From NCBI GenBank assembly GCA_025201805.1, contig MU619307.1, positions 76,268 through 140,267 on the forward strand: a stretch of DNA of 64,000 bases. Reading direction: 5' to 3'. Positions 38,183 to 53,065 of this stretch are shown in pieces (position 1 is the stretch's first letter; each line of letters opens with the position of its first letter). The position numbers were made by a program, and so were the translations under genes. This DNA is from Parasitella parasitica NRRL 2501 (taxonomy: Eukaryota > Fungi > Mucoromycota). The notes under the pieces were generated by a model. It worked only from the letters and a program-made list of their open reading frames with translations, was not told the origin of the DNA and searched no databases.

Positions 38183-40908
38183 GATGCGTATACGCAAAAT
38201 ATAGAAAACTGTGAGAAAAGAGAGTGTACAATGACGATTGTTTAGATTGATAACCTTGAGTAATTGTAATCTCAGCGATGGTTGTAATTCTCAATAAGTC
38301 ACGTTGTCCTTGATCTTACTGGCAAAGTTTCTACTTTCTCTACTGCAGAAATGAATAGTAAAAGCAGCTGAAACAGGCAGAGGAAATTGAACTCGTAATT
38401 TGGCGATAAACTGATCGAGTTTCATGTTACATTTTAATTAAGGAAACTCGAACATTACACAAGGGTTAACAGGCTCATAAATAAGAAACATGAGCAAAAA
38501 AATAAATCAGTGATTGCGATGTTTTTTGACGTCTAGTTCTTATCAGGACTACATGTAAATGCGGGGTACAGAAACAAGCTCAAACCAAGATCAAAGCAGA
38601 ATACAAAAACTGCACCTCTCACGACTACACTCATTTGTTAAAATGATTACTAATTGGCATCATTTAATTGTTTCTGCGTAATACTTAGAGAAAACAGACA
38701 ATTTGCTCTAGTTTCAGAGATCCAAAACCTAATGCGGGCTACAAATCAAAGAGAACGGGTCCAGACCTTGACACTTTAGATGAATATTAATGGTTCAGCT
38801 ATTCAAGAGTTTGCATCTGAATGCATTTGCGTTATGTAGGATGTGCTTTTTAGGCGTATTTCTACAGTAAAGTCTTGCAAAAGCAATCATCCTCTGAACT
38901 ATTCATCCAATAACGGTCGTTGCATACGACACCAATCTGCCCCTTACAAGCCAAACATTTCATGAGCCGTTCCTGTTGAGTATGCTTTTCTGCAATGGAT
39001 GTATGCTTTATACAGGCACATATGCTGCCGTTCTAACATTGCTTATCTGGGATGCAAAGAATACTGCGTGAGGTATATTCGAAAAAACCATGATATGAGA
39101 GATTAAAGCTCAAAAAATCTGTAATTACTAATCAACATCCGTTTGAGTCGAATACAGAAACAAATGAGGTTTCATCTAGTCGCTTTACGATAATAATGAG
39201 TTTCTTGTTACCCAGCAGATTTTTGATATTTTAATCGTCTTCTATACACAACATAGACACGCCTCATTACTAGACTTTATTGTAGCGCTATTACAATTGC
39301 TATAAAAGCACTGAATATTATGGTTTTAGATATATCATTTCCAAAAACAAAGGACACCATCAGCTTTTTCATTACACATTCTACTGTCGTAGAACTTCTA
39401 AAATTTCAACGAGTTAACAAAATTTTGGATAATAGCATGAAATCAAGTGTGTCTATATACCATCCAGTACGTATATGCGACCAGAGTTTCACATCTGCTG
39501 AGCTGTTAAGTGCTTGCTTCACCATCGGATTCCGTTGAGCAATTACTGTGTTATTGATGTACCTCCATTTTTATTGTGTCTAAGATAGTGGAATGCCGTC
39601 ATTCTCAATGGATGAAGCAGTGCTGATGGCCTCTGGTGAACGTCCACGTTTAAGGCTAGCTGTAACATTTGTTTCCTGAGATTGAGCAACTGGAGCTACA
39701 GATTGTCGCTGGTTGATTTCTTCACTTGAGATTTGAGGTTCCTCAATAAGGTGTCTTTCACCACTAGGACTATGAAGAAAGGAAGTATTCTTGGGAGACA
39801 CAATAAAAATGGGTAATATTGATGGATGATATGATTTTTATATGAAAAGAAGAAAAAGACCAATGTCAATTTTTATGGTTTTTATACGATTTATGATTGT
39901 GATTTATGGTTCATCCGTACACTTTGTATCTACTCACTTTTATTGCCATCAAGCATGAGACAAAGCCCATGTTAATCTTATGAACGGCTCTGTTGAAGCT
40001 TGGAATTCATCAACTAAAACTAAAATAATTCATTTACATGATTTATATTCTTCGTTTCATTTTCGTTACAAGAATGTTTATGTCATATACATATGTAAAA
40101 TAAAAACTCTATCATTATTTAAATTTTAATAGCTCAAGCCGTCCGTGCAAGACATTTGAGGTATGCTAGAGTATAATATATTAACGGGAAAAGCCAAAAC
40201 TAAAAAGATGGGGTCGATGAAGGAATTTCCCTAACTTTCGGCTTTTTGAATGCATTTGCCCTGGATATTTGACTCAGTGTACTACTTGAGCACCGTATTA
40301 TTGAATTATTACTTTATGTTGACGCTGATATGGATCTTGTAGCTCTGGACACATTTAGGTGTCTTGTAAGGAAAAATGGTATAATGCAGTGCAGTCTAAA
40401 TCATTTAATTTGACAATGTCTGCAACTTTTGTGAACCTTAAACGATGAAGACCATTTTATAACATATATTTAAGCTTCATATGCTTTTAATACTCGACTC
40501 TTTAGACTCGAGGTTCTTCAGAGATTACATCAGTGGCCCAGTAATCGATACAAAATGTTACTGGGTCCAATTAATATCTAATCGTCAAGAGGCGGTCCAA
40601 ACTTTCCATGTACAATACATGCGAAAGATGATAAAGTGTGTTTACTTTAATATTTGGTATCGCTGCCCATAATATATCAGTGATAATAAGATTTGTCTGT
40701 TGCGCATTTATAAACCAAACAGTTCCTTAATTTTTTTATTTTTATTATTTTACATTATGTAAGGCATGATTTTTTAAAGGGGAGGGGTCTTTTTTTTTGA
40801 AATTTGATATACCCTATCTATTGCTGTATAGTAAGAAAAGGATGTTGTGCTGTTATTTTTGATTCTATGTAAAGAATAGCAGAGAGTATAAACAATCGGG
40901 ACAGTTCT

Positions 40909-43900
40909 TTAATAAGGAGGATCATCTCTGTGTCTCTTCGCTTGTCTTTGTCGAAACAGATCAAAATCTGGTGGTCTGTTTGGACCCATACCTATCAAAT
41001 TAAGACATTAGCTTAACGAAAAACTGATCCAAAACTGCTACATACCTTTATGAGGCTGATAATCATCTTCGTATTCATCTCTGCCCCTACGCTTGGTATT
41101 AGGTTTACCGCCACTTCCACCACCACGCATTGGCATGTTTCCACCATTACGTTTATTATAGCCACCACGACCACGATTGCCATAATTGTTACCACGGCCT
41201 GAATCTCTGTTTTGCTGCTGCTGTTGCATAGGCGGTTTATTGGATCTTGGAGGTGGTTGCTGATGCTGTTGTTGAGGGGGAAGCGGGGGCACGCTAGTAT
41301 TACCCTGAGGCGGCAATGGTATGATGATATTGCGTAAAAGTTCTACAAGTTCTCTTGGTTGAATCATGGGCCCATTGAAAGATTGTGGTGGAGGCAAGTT
41401 TGAGACAAAGTAAGCAACTGCATCAGGCAATGAAGATGGTGGTATTATTAAAGGAGGGATTGATGCAGAGTTAGCCGCATTAGAAATAACAGATACAGGA
41501 GGTGGTGCCATCATATTAGGACTATTCCAGTTTGATTGTTGTGGGGGTTGAGACGAAATCACGGGTTGCTGTGCAATAGGCTCAACCTTGACTGGTAACA
41601 GAGGTGTAGATTGCTGTTCTGATATTGCTGCAGTGGGCACAATAGTGGTAATAATAGGCGAGGCATTAGCAGGGCGTGGGGCAGGTTTGTACGCCTGCCA
41701 TTGATTGAGATCTGGACGAGGATACCTTTCAGGATGCACAGGTTCTAAAAGAGGTCGCTTTTGATGATCTTTTGAATGATGCTGATATTGCTGCTGATGT
41801 TGTTGATGTAAGAGCTGTTGTTGCTGCTGTTGCTGTTGTTGCTGCTGTTGCTGCTGTTGCTGTTGCAAATTAGATGTGGACTCGTTGCCAGCCCCAGCTC
41901 CAGCAATAGCAGCAGCATCTGCCAACTGTTGATTACGAGCAACCCAACCTAATTCTTGATCCTCAATGTTGCGAATATCCAGGTAGCTCTGTCTTTTCAG
42001 AAATGATTCCATTGCATTGATTGCAGGTGTAGCCATAGCTTCGATACGTCTTTTCTCTACATTTTGAATGGAAACAAGATCGCCATATTTGTTTTCATAG
42101 TCGAGGAACTTGAGCCAGATAAGGCCAGCATTCTCTGAAGGCATCGTGGCCAATGTTCTTTCAAATAAGGCACGCGTGTTGTTATCATCATTCATTTCAA
42201 TCAAGAAATCCAAGTATTCACAAACAAAGTCTGGATTGTCTGCAAATGACTTTTGACCCAAACTAAAAACTTTGCCAGCAATAGTGGCATCTTTTGAGTT
42301 GTGATATTCCATCAGAGCGTCAGCGACATACACATGGTAAGTGCAATTAGTGGCTTTACGAGCTCTTGAAAACAAGGAGCGAGCACTCTTGATACCATCA
42401 GTGCGACGAGCAAAACGCATGTAATTAATCCAAACCAAGGAGCCAGCACGAGCAATGACTTGTACTTGATCATTTAGCTTCTTTTCAATGGCATCTTGTT
42501 CTTTTTTGACATGCTTTTCACGAGAACGCAACTGTTCTCTAACCTCACCATCAATATCGTCGGATAGATTCAAAGATGCTCTTTCGGCCTCTGCCTCTTG
42601 ATCAAGCTTGCTAATCTCTTGATGTGCTGCCTGCTTCAAATCTTCAATATTCTTGTCCAATGTGCTTACTAACTGATCATAGGCTTGACGTGCATCATCT
42701 AATTGACGTCTAGATTCACACAATTCCGCATACGAAAAGTTGAGTAAGAGACTCGTGGGCATAATCTCAATGCCTTGTTTCAGTATAGAAAGTGATTTCT
42801 CTGGCTTTTTGAGCTCTAAATAATAACTAGCAAAACTGTACCAGATCTCAGGGTAAAGTCGAAGAACTAGGAATGCTTGTTGGTAAGCATAGGCAACACG
42901 ATCCATTACAGCAGTTTCGTCTTCAAGTTGCAGAGGATCACTTTTTTCCCATTGGATATAATTCTTCCATAGATCCAATTGAGCAAATTCGTTTGAAGTC
43001 CATTTAGGAGGTGCTGCTACGACATTTGTGTTGATATTGTCAGTAAATAAGCGCATCTCACGCAAAGCAGTGCGAGCTGTCATGTAAGCCGATGATTTCT
43101 CTCCCAGGAATTTTTTAGCCTTAATAGGTCGATAGTTAGCTTTCTTGTCTTTTAATTCAGCTTGGACAACTTACAGTCAATCTATTCAAATTGTTCTCCC
43201 ATTGGTCATATTCTTTCCAAAGATGCTCGACGTTATTTAATGGAATTGTAACTGCCTTTTGATAGGCACGACGCATCGAGTCCATCTTGCGCTGTTCTTC
43301 CCAAGTATTTGAAGTCTAAATATGATCAGCTAAGTGTGAAATAGGCTTAATTAATGCGTGTATGTTTGTTGTTACCTCTGCAGATTTCAAAAAGTAGATA
43401 TAATCTGCCCAAATGGGACCAGCATCTTTGTCAAAACCAACATTACCAAGTACATACTCATAGGCTTTTTCAATGATTGCTCTTGCTTCAGGAGTGACAG
43501 AAGAGCCACTTTCCCCAGAATTAATTCGGCGGATATAACCAAGGTAAAACTTCCATAGATCAACAGATAAAACAGTTTTAAGACATCGAGTAAATAAAGC
43601 TTCGACTTCATTGAAATTTGAGTACTTCAATTCTAATTCAAGATAGGCAAGCCAATGTTTCGGCTATCGTATACACACATGTCAGAACATAATTTTCATG
43701 ACATCTCCTCATGTTTCCATGCAAAACATCTCTCTCCTCAAGAAAAACTTACCGAAGTAGGAAAAACATTTAAAAAACGTTCGTAGATTTCACGAATCAC
43801 CTCCAAATCACCAGTCTGTTGAGCATCGTTTATTAGCCATGTCCAAGCTTCAAGGTCATATTTGTTTTCTCTGATTCGAGACTCGTATCGTTCTTTTCTG

Positions 43901-44499
43901 ATGCTGATTTTTGTACTTACAACTGGCTCTGCTTGTTTCTGTTGTTGTTGCTGTTGTTGTTGTTGTTGTTGTTGATGCAGTGCTGCTACAGGGATTTGCC
44001 ACGAAGCAGGCGCGCTCAAAAATGGAGGAGCAATAGAAGCATCATCTATTTGATTTGAGATACCTTCCATTGGCGTGTACTCTTCTATATTTTCATCGAC
44101 ATTTACATTAGGCGTTGTCGTAGAAGAGGTGGCCTCAGTTGTTTCCATGGTAACTGCAGTTTCCTGATCTGCTGCTGTGGTGGTAGCATATGCTGTAACG
44201 GGAGATGCTTCTGATGATTCATTAGTCGCGTTTGGAGATTCTTGTTGCTCAAGAGAAGTAGCAACCTTTTCCTCCTCATTCTTATGATTATCACTCTCCT
44301 TGGCATCTACTGTTGTCTCCTCATTGCCAGCGACAACATCAGGAGCAGGAGTTTTTTCTTGCTCATTGATGTCAGTTTCTTCCTGATGCTCTTCTAAGCA
44401 AGTAGTTGACATTGGCTCCATATTAATATCCTCAGCAGCTACATTGGCCACTTGAGATGGATACCCTAGTGTCGCATTTTCAAGTTGGTCTGTATCCAT
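40909..44499 (-). CDS. RNA14: mRNA 3'-end processing factor Rna14/CstF-77 (HAT repeats, Suf domain)
   Basis: IREIYERFLNVFPTS, LFTRCLKTVLSVDLWKFYL, WKNYIQWEKSDPL, VWINYMRFARRTDGIKSAR and NNTRALFER; polyQ tracts; about 5 introns. Confidence 0.93.
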
Positions 44500-45051
44500 T
44501 TTCTTTTCAATGATAAACAAGGTAAAAAAAATTTACAAAGAAAAAAATTTTGCAAAAAAAAAAAAAAAAAAACTGATAATGTACCCAAGTTTAGCTTGGT
44601 TTGAATGAAAGAGTGTGTTTACACTCTCGGCCACTGTATCCACATACACTACAATCTAGCAGGATAGTGACGTACTAAAACATCTGGAAATTGGTCTCGG
44701 GTTTGGATCTTGCGATTAATTGATCTGTCTTTCTCTCTGATGATTTTAATGTATTTCTGATTTATCGAGTAAAAAAAAAAAAAAAAAAAGAAAATGCGTC
44801 AATCTGATAATCTCCTTGTGTTGTATACATGAAAATTCTATATAAAGGAGTATACATGTAAAAGGGGATTCTTCTATAGTTAAAGCAGAACTTTTATTTG
44901 AGAAAAAGTTGGTCATTTCGTATAAAGAAAACTTGATTTTTTTTCTTTTTTTTGGAATATTTAGCCAACCAACATTTTGTTTCTTTGTTTACTTTTTCTC
45001 TCTCTTTTCCATTTTTTCTTTCTTCTTGCTTTTGTTTGATAATTTTACAAA

Positions 45052-46728
45052 ATGTACTCATTGGATTTTGCGGCTCAGGTAAGCCGGATATGTATGGATG
45101 AAATCCGAAGAAGAGGTAAAAAAAAAAAAAAAAACAAATGTCAAAATTTAAGCAATGGCGATCATAACATGTAACCATCATTATTTGTGTTAGGTTTGAG
45201 AGAACGCAAGATATTGCGTAAATCTGGTGAGTTGTGTGTTTTCTCTTTTGATTGTTTCCCCTATCATCTCTCCTCCCCGCCTTTTTGCTTTTTACAAGAG
45301 AGAAGGGGACCAATTTCTCCCTTCTCCTTCCTCAATCTCTCTGTACCCCCTTTTTGGTTGTGGAAATCAACATCTTATTTCACTCCTCTGAAAATAGAAT
45401 GATGATTTTGCAAGTACATTTGATTTTTTAAAGAATATCTGTAACGATGTAGCATACAAATCCTTTTTCTAGTATCCTTCTCCTTGATCTCCTATTTTAC
45501 TAACAAATCTCTTTTCTCTTGTTCACATAGTTCCCAACAGCGTCTTGCTGCTAAAAGTCTTTCGAAAGCAAAACTGCACTGCTGATGATCTCACACACGT
45601 CAGCATCCATTCTGTTGCGACACTGATGCAAGACACTTTATGGTGCTGTCAAGAGCGAATCGTACCCAAGAAAGTATGGAGAGTGATTAATTACGAAAGT
45701 AAGTTGCGTCAGTCGATTGATCAAGAAGCATCTCATACTTATCCAACATAGCTTGCACTTTGAACGATCTTTCACAGTTTATATCAAAAAGAGGACAAGA
45801 TATACTAGTGGAAATATTGGACTTTCTTGTTCAAGTAATGCGATATAAGGATGACAATCAAATGGATGCTTATCATTTAGGTGAGGCCATGGGCAAAGTA
45901 ACGTTGGGACCCACCGACTGTGATCCAATCATTGCAGAGAAAGCAGGCCATTTCTTGACGCGCATGATCATCGAGCATTCTAAAACGATCCATGGAGAGA
46001 AAAAGCGACTTTTATTCAGGGTTGATTCAGGATTTGCTTGGCCACCATTACCCATTGTAACAAAGAAACTCCCCATGTCCAAGTCAGAGGCTGCTCGAGC
46101 CAAAGCCAAATCTTACAATCGCCTGATTACAAAGATTCACAAGAGAAATTTTGACTGGATGTCTAATGCTAATGTTGCTCTTTATGCCATGCTGGAGGAT
46201 GATTATGAGCCAGAACCTTCAGATTCATTTGCTGAACCTTATTTGTCTATTTTCTCCAAACATTTGGACCCCTCGCAAGCTATTTTGTCTCCTGTTTTGT
46301 TTCGTCTGGTCACTGAAGCTAGTAAAGCCATCGAGCCTATTCCTCAAGATCCTTTTGCCGGCTCTTACCTGTTTGGAGGAGGAAAAAAACTGATTGCTGC
46401 TGGTAGAGTTCACCCGATTGAGACGCAAATCAGTGTTGCATTTGACGACTTTATGCCTTTGCTTCGAAACAACATTGCTTCTAACTATCATGATGCTGCA
46501 TCTCAATCGAATCATAATGAAAAGGGTCATCATAGCAAATCACATATGAACATTATCAATTCATCTCTTTCTCATATGAAGCTCAACCTTAGAAAGCACA
46601 AGTCTCAAGGTATGAATAGCCAACAACAGCAGAGTAATGATTCCATTCTTGAAGAACCTCAGGTTCAGGTTCAGGTTCAGGCTCAGGCTCAGGCTCAAGC
46701 TCAGGTTCAGGCTCAGGCTCAGGCTCAA

Positions 46729-46775
<47 letters not shown>

Positions 46776-47106
46776 AGCTCAAGCTCAGGCTCAGGCTCAG
46801 GCTCAGGCTCAGCATCAAGCTCAACAACAAACTCAACATCAACATTCTCAACCTGAGTCAGTTCAGTCTACACCTCCTTTGCCAACATCTGCTACTACAA
46901 CCAGTAGTACTATATTGGACAATGCCAGTGATACATACACCAACAGCAACAAGACACTTTATTCTACAGAAGAATATAATGCATCTAACGCCAGCAGCGG
47001 CAACAATAAAGGGAAGCACAACCAAGTAAAGAGCATGATGAAGCGAGTCATCAAAATGGGAACCATTGTTCCAATCAAGAAGACAGCGCAAGCGTCCATT
47101 TACTGA
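45052..47106 (+). CDS. Divergent RhoGAP-domain protein with (QA)n tract
   Basis: Spliced (3 introns): [20 protein letters not shown]...[14 protein letters not shown]...[11 protein letters not shown]...[19 protein letters not shown] follows the RhoGAP pattern. Confidence 0.7.
46660..46812 (+). repeat. Coding hexanucleotide repeat (CAGGCT/CAGGTT/CAAGCT) x about 25, encoding QV/QA
   Basis: Directly visible tandem array of 153 bp. Confidence 0.97.
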
Positions 47107-48022
47107 AAGAAGAAATAAAATAGGCCTTTCCCCTTTGTCATTGCCACACCACCACTACCACTACCACTACCACTACCACTACTCCTTTCCATCGCAATCA
47201 CTATATTTGAGGTTTCCGGGCAAGACATTTTCGTAAAGCACCTACCCACATCCACACTGCATTTTATTTACTACAACTATCTATCTACTCCTTAATTCCT
47301 CTTTATATCTTTTTTTGTATTGCAACGTGTATAGCGTTCTACTTTATTAATCATTATTCGAAATAAACAAGTTTATTTGCTTTTATAAAAATCACAAATT
47401 TTGTAGTAACTGTTGGAGTTATAAAAAAAAAGGGGGGGGGGAGAGGGTTTCCATGTTGAAATGGCCGACTTTCTTGTTGCGCGCACTGATTACAAAGCTA
47501 CAGATGTCTGGTTTGTTTTGCATTTTTCATTGTTCAATTGTGTCTACAAAAGGCTGGTCTAAATTGCATATCTTGTTGCTTTACTGCGCTTGTTTATTTT
47601 TTCCACCGACATTCTTCTTCCCTCGTGCAACAATGGAACTATGCAGACGACCACCATATAGCAAAACAAAACTGCGGGTATTCAATCCCTTTATCAATGC
47701 TGCAATCAATCAATCAATCAATCAATCAACAGCCATTTGCGCAAGAAAGAAAAAAAAGTGCGAAGGCAGGATAGAAGAGAAATCACTATGATCGGTACAA
47801 AACCTTCTGCTGAGTGAAATGAATTCGTAGTAACGAGTTGAATGGTACGCACAGACCTTTACTACATGATTTTTGCTCCAAATGTACTTTTTTGCAAGTT
47901 CAAGACATACACCCCTGTATCCCCAGCATAATGAAAAATAGCTTGAGTTTGCATGTCGAAGTTCAATGTACCCTTGTATTTTTTTTTTGTTTGTGCATTA
48001 CGCAATCTGATGTCTATACATT

Positions 48023-48087
48023 CAAAACAACAACAGCAACAAAAACAACAACAGCAACAAAAACAACAACAGCAGCAGCAGCAGCAG
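48023..48087. repeat. Intergenic 18-bp tandem repeat x3 running into (CAG)n
   Basis: AAAACAACAACAGCAACA repeated, followed by CAG triplets. Confidence 0.8.
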
Positions 48088-49321
48088 TTTGTACAATTGA
48101 ATGACCTCTTGAAATATATAAATCATATAATAGGTAAAAAAAAAAATACTGTTAGGAGTGCAAGGATTCAAGAACGTATTTGTACGACATTAACAAAGCA
48201 CATCTCCTGATTTGACTTTAGCCGACTGACCTAGCAGCTGCTCTTGTTATACATATATGACAAGTTGGTACAATTATGTCTTGTTTTTCTACACAGAGAT
48301 GTGAGCCGATGGCCCTTGTCTCGTTCTAATTTTAAAAAAAAGAATCTCAAAGTGTACATTTCTAGTATATTATTTACAAGAAATCACAACTCCCAAGTAA
48401 CACATGAGCTAAAATAAGATCCCATTGAGAAAAAAATTTGGACACTTGTTTTGCATTGCTTCACGATGGGTCCGGAAATAGAGGCAATAAGGAGGAGCGT
48501 ATAAAGACGATTTGCATCAGCATACAAACAATAACAAGTTATTCTTTGTATCATTAAGGAGATTCGAATCAAGCAAAATATTATCATTGTCGTGTGTTTG
48601 GTGACCCCAACAGAGAAGCATTTTCCCACCAAACTCTGATCATTCTTGTTTGTCAGACAGTACACATTGTACAACTTGTAACCGCATTTTTCTATCCTTT
48701 CAATGAAGGAAGCATCTGGTTCATTATGACCAGATTCAAAGGCTACCAAAATACTTTACCAAACTAAAGAGATATCAAGGCTAAATGTATAAAACATAAA
48801 TCGACATCATTTGACATGTATCTGGAGTCATCTTCTGATTATGCCCCCTTTTTTTTATTATTATCGAGAATTGCTTATCCACCACTGACATTTTAGATTT
48901 AAATTGATGGCCAGTGTGTCACTCAAGAATGATCGAGAGTTGGCATGCATAGCGTGATGAATATAGTTTTTATTTATATCATTATCAGAATCGTCATCAT
49001 CATACATCATATATAAATAACAATATCATAAAAAAGAGAGCAAGAGGGGGGGGGCGAGAGAGCGAGAAAACGAAAGAAAAAGGTAGCGATTGGAATGAAG
49101 GGCATTACATAACAGTAAAGAAGAATAATATACACATAAATAAAGAAGGATACAAAAAGAGAATATACAGAGAGTAACGACGAAGGATTCAAGGGATATG
49201 TGAGGGATAATATATAATAGGTAATAGCAGTTATATAATAATAATAAAATAATGTATAGTAAATAGGATATAATATGAAATGGGGTAATATATAAAGGAA
49301 TAAAGAGAGTGTGTATTGTGT

Positions 49322-50482
49322 TTATCGCATTGATAGCTGGTGGTAGTGATCATTTGGATTCATCAATCTTGTTCTTTGGAATCTGCTTGCATGTTCTTGA
49401 TCTTGTTGTTCAGAGTAGTAGTGATGAGGATGATGATATGGCTGTTCATGTTGAAGATACTGATGATGGTGATGGATAGATGGATGGTAATGATGATAAT
49501 GCTGAGGAGGAGACAGGTGCTCCCTGGTAGGGCTAGCAAAATCTCTCTGATAAGTGTAGAAATCGTGTCTACGACGTCTTGTTGGCTCCATAAAAGCACT
49601 AGCTGCAGGCTGCTGATGATGATTGACCATTTCAGGATATGCCATCATTTGGGCAGTCAAGTTCTCAGACTCCAGCATAGGTTGCAAGATACGGCGTCTT
49701 GCGTTGATAAACCAGTTGCTGATTTGATTCACGGTAAGTCCTGTATGACGAGCTAGATCAGCCTTTTCTTTTTCAGCAGGATAGGGGTGCTTTTTGTGTT
49801 GAATGAGCCATTTGCGAAGAAATTCAGTAACTTCTTTAGGAAGATTGCCTCGACGTCTTTTAACAGAAGTGTCTTTAGTATTACCAGCAATAGCAGTAGT
49901 GGTAATGGCATTAGCAATAAGAGGAGTAGTCATGGAACAAGTTGGACTGATGGGTAAAGAGGATATGTTACATGGAGCCGACTTGGAATTGGAATGACTT
50001 TTACTCATCATTGAGTAGTACTTTTCCTCTTCAATGGTAGTATAGTAGTTGCTGTTGGCAGTAGTTTTAATAGAAGGCACTTCTATCATCCTTTGATAGG
50101 ACGGATGTTCAATAGTGGCAACGCTATCACCCGAACTTGAGCTTGATGAGCTGATGTTTGATGTTGTACTTGTGCTTGGAGAAACCTTAATATCTTTATC
50201 CAAGTAATCTATGTGCTTTGTTAGTCAGTGTGCACTGATTTTTTTGTACTACATTGTACGCAAAAAAGAGTAATTACCGGCTTCAAATTCAGTATTGTGT
50301 TTTTCATTCCAAAATTGTGCATTGTGTTCAAGCATTTCATTAGTTTTTTCACGATGGCGATCTATGGCCGTACGATCATATTTTTTGTTGGCGTTCAGCT
50401 TCTGCTCAAGTTGCTCTGATGGGCTGTCATGGTAGATGATCAAAGGGCAAAATTGCCTTATGCCACGCTGAGAAGATGGCAT
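49322..50482 (-). CDS. TALE-class homeodomain transcription factor (TGIF/Cup9/Tos8-like)
   Basis: KRRRGNLPK...WLIQHKKHPYP...QISNWFINARRR (PYP loop, Ile50). Intron 50209-50277 joins ORF 50249-50482 in frame. Confidence 0.92.
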
Positions 50483-50863
50483 TACTGCGATATCAGAGTG
50501 CTGGTTTGGGCCAAGTTAAATGTTTGCATTCGCTATATCAAATATAGCTTACCTTTACAAGTGCGCTTGTCATTTTGTACTTTGTATAATGAAAAGAGAA
50601 AACTAAGTATATATATATAAATATATAAAAACTGGAAAAGAAAGGTGTCTATTTTCGTTACCAAAGTGAAAAAAAAAAGCCATGTATTTATACAAATTTT
50701 TTTGCACCTGATAGATCTTTGACTTGTAGAGTAAAATAGAGTAGTACAATCAATTAGCTTTATATATATCAAGTATACATGGAAAATCTCGCCCGACCTA
50801 CTTCAAGGAGGTGCTTGAATAAGTTGGTTGGTGCAAATGGGGGTCTAATGTAAAAGTATGTAT

Positions 50864-50873
50864 NNNNNNNNNN
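50864..50873. other. Assembly gap (10 N)
   Basis: Run of N next to poly-A. Confidence 1.
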
Positions 50874-53065
50874 AAAAAAAAAAAAAAAAAGAATGTTACT
50901 CAAAAGATTGAAACAGATGATTCATTAGAGAGTAGTATCACTCTATTACAACTCGTTTAGCCTTAATTGAGATTTGTACAATAGTTAAATACTATGAACT
51001 GCATGCCAAAAATAACCATTCTTTCTTTGTTCAAGAGTGTCTCTTGATGTGCCTGGAGAAGAAAAAAAAAAGTTGGTTGAGAACAGCAATATCTAAATGT
51101 TTCATCCCTAAATTCGCAAAGGGGCAAATTTTTTGTTCTCTTTACTACTCGTAAATCCGCCAACAGGTTGCCACTGATTTCAGAAAGTGGCTGCATTTTC
51201 TTGGAGATAATTTGGTTAAATTTGATTCTAATTTAGATCAAACATCTTGGTTTTGCATATCATACAGTATACCCACATAATGTATTGAAATACAAACTTG
51301 ATATATATGATCGCCTGACGTTTTGCCTTGAACGACACACTCGGCTTTGGTATCCCGGGAAGAATAAAAAGCATGTTTCGTTATAGATTTGATCAAGTCG
51401 AGTGCAAAAAATGCTTGTACAGCGAGGGCTTATCTGGTAATTAAAAGCACGGACCAGCTGATTACTTTCAAATATGTATGTAATGTACCTGAACAAGATG
51501 TATACCTTTACTATACATTTTTAATCGTAATTCCTTGAACACAAATAAATAGTTTTCTCATGTAAGCAAGGGCATGCACCTTCATTTATATATTTTTACA
51601 CACATCAAGAAAATGATCGTAGCAGACATAGAGTTTCAATGTGACCTATGGTTTGATGACACAATGACAAACAAAATTGAAACCCAAGTATAGCTGAAGA
51701 TGATGGAACCTCTTACTTCAGCATGAGTACATCCCCTACCCCTTTAACTTCGCGTTTCTCTCTCCCTTGAGGTAAACAAATGTAATTCGCCAGTTTACAC
51801 AATATTTACGCAGTATATACTATACAAACATCTCTGCAATCCATTAAGGGACATGTATAGTCTATGTATATACAGAGAAAGAAAGAAAGAAAAAGGGGAC
51901 AAGCAAGTACAGAAAAAGGGGGTTTACATTATATTATACAAGCAAACCTGAACGGGGTATGGCGGGAGGAAGCAAAAAAAAAAAAGCTTATTGTACATTT
52001 AGAAAGAGAATATAAGATGTTAATCGATTGTATCTAGTGCGTATATGTGTACACATTAAGAAGGGGACTTCCCTGATATCGTATTCTGTTAAATAAATGT
52101 AAAAATTGTACGTGTTAATAATCTAAATCAAAGGTTACATTTGACATTCATCACAGGTTCTCTACGGATGCTGTATTGAGTTTTCACGGGCTGAATCGAT
52201 TGACAAACTATCTTTTTTTTTGTAACATTGGGGTTATTGCAAACATTTGCTTGAATGTGTATATGCTGTTTGTTTATTTAACTCCTTGTTTAAAAAAAAA
52301 TCGTACATTTAGCTGCTTGCATGAATTATTATGATAAAAAATGATGACTTGCTTGTATGTGTGTAAATACATAAAGATTTGGGGATATGTGTTATGAAAT
52401 ATACAGTATATCACCTGCTTTTCTTTTTTTTCTCTCTCTCTCTCTCTATTAATTCCCTCATCATTGCACATTAACAAAAACTAAACAATAATAGCAGTTA
52501 ACATACACATACACATACTTTATGACAATGGGCAAGGCAAGTAAGCTTCTATTATCTTCTAATAACTTGATGCATTTAGAATGCATAGAGAACACGTTCA
52601 AATGCCTTAAAAAAGGACAATAATAGATCTTCCTTAATGCATTATAGAAAGAGCCACGTGCGATTCAAAAAAAATATGTAGTAGTAAAAGATGCTTTGCA
52701 TCTAGAACAGCAGTATCAAAACACTTGAAAAATTCAAAAAAAAAAGTTGTTTATTTATGATGTATACGCATCACTTGATATCTCCTTCATTCTTTGCTTT
52801 TAATGTCAATAAATCCCTTTCTTTTTCATTTATATATATGTACAATCTACACATTTCCCTTATTGCGCACATGACATTTTTTTTTTTGAAGTGGACCTGA
52901 GTCAAACTGTGGTCATTCATGTCTCTTTTACATTATCAAAGGTTAAACCTAACTGGGTCAATAAAAAAAAACTAGCATTTTTTAATCCAACAGCATGCTG
53001 TTACCTTAGGCTTGATTAAAAAATGATACAATTTTTTTTTCCTTCTGCCTTCTTTTTTTGATCTG

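Noticed and set aside
46561-47029. ORFs encoding (LS)n and (LR)n
   Set aside because: Alternative-frame and antisense shadows of the CAGGCT repeat in the RhoGAP gene.
48384-48749. 121-aa minus-strand ORF and Tc1-like FGGKMLLCWG in another frame
   Set aside because: No ATG start and no coherent motif set.
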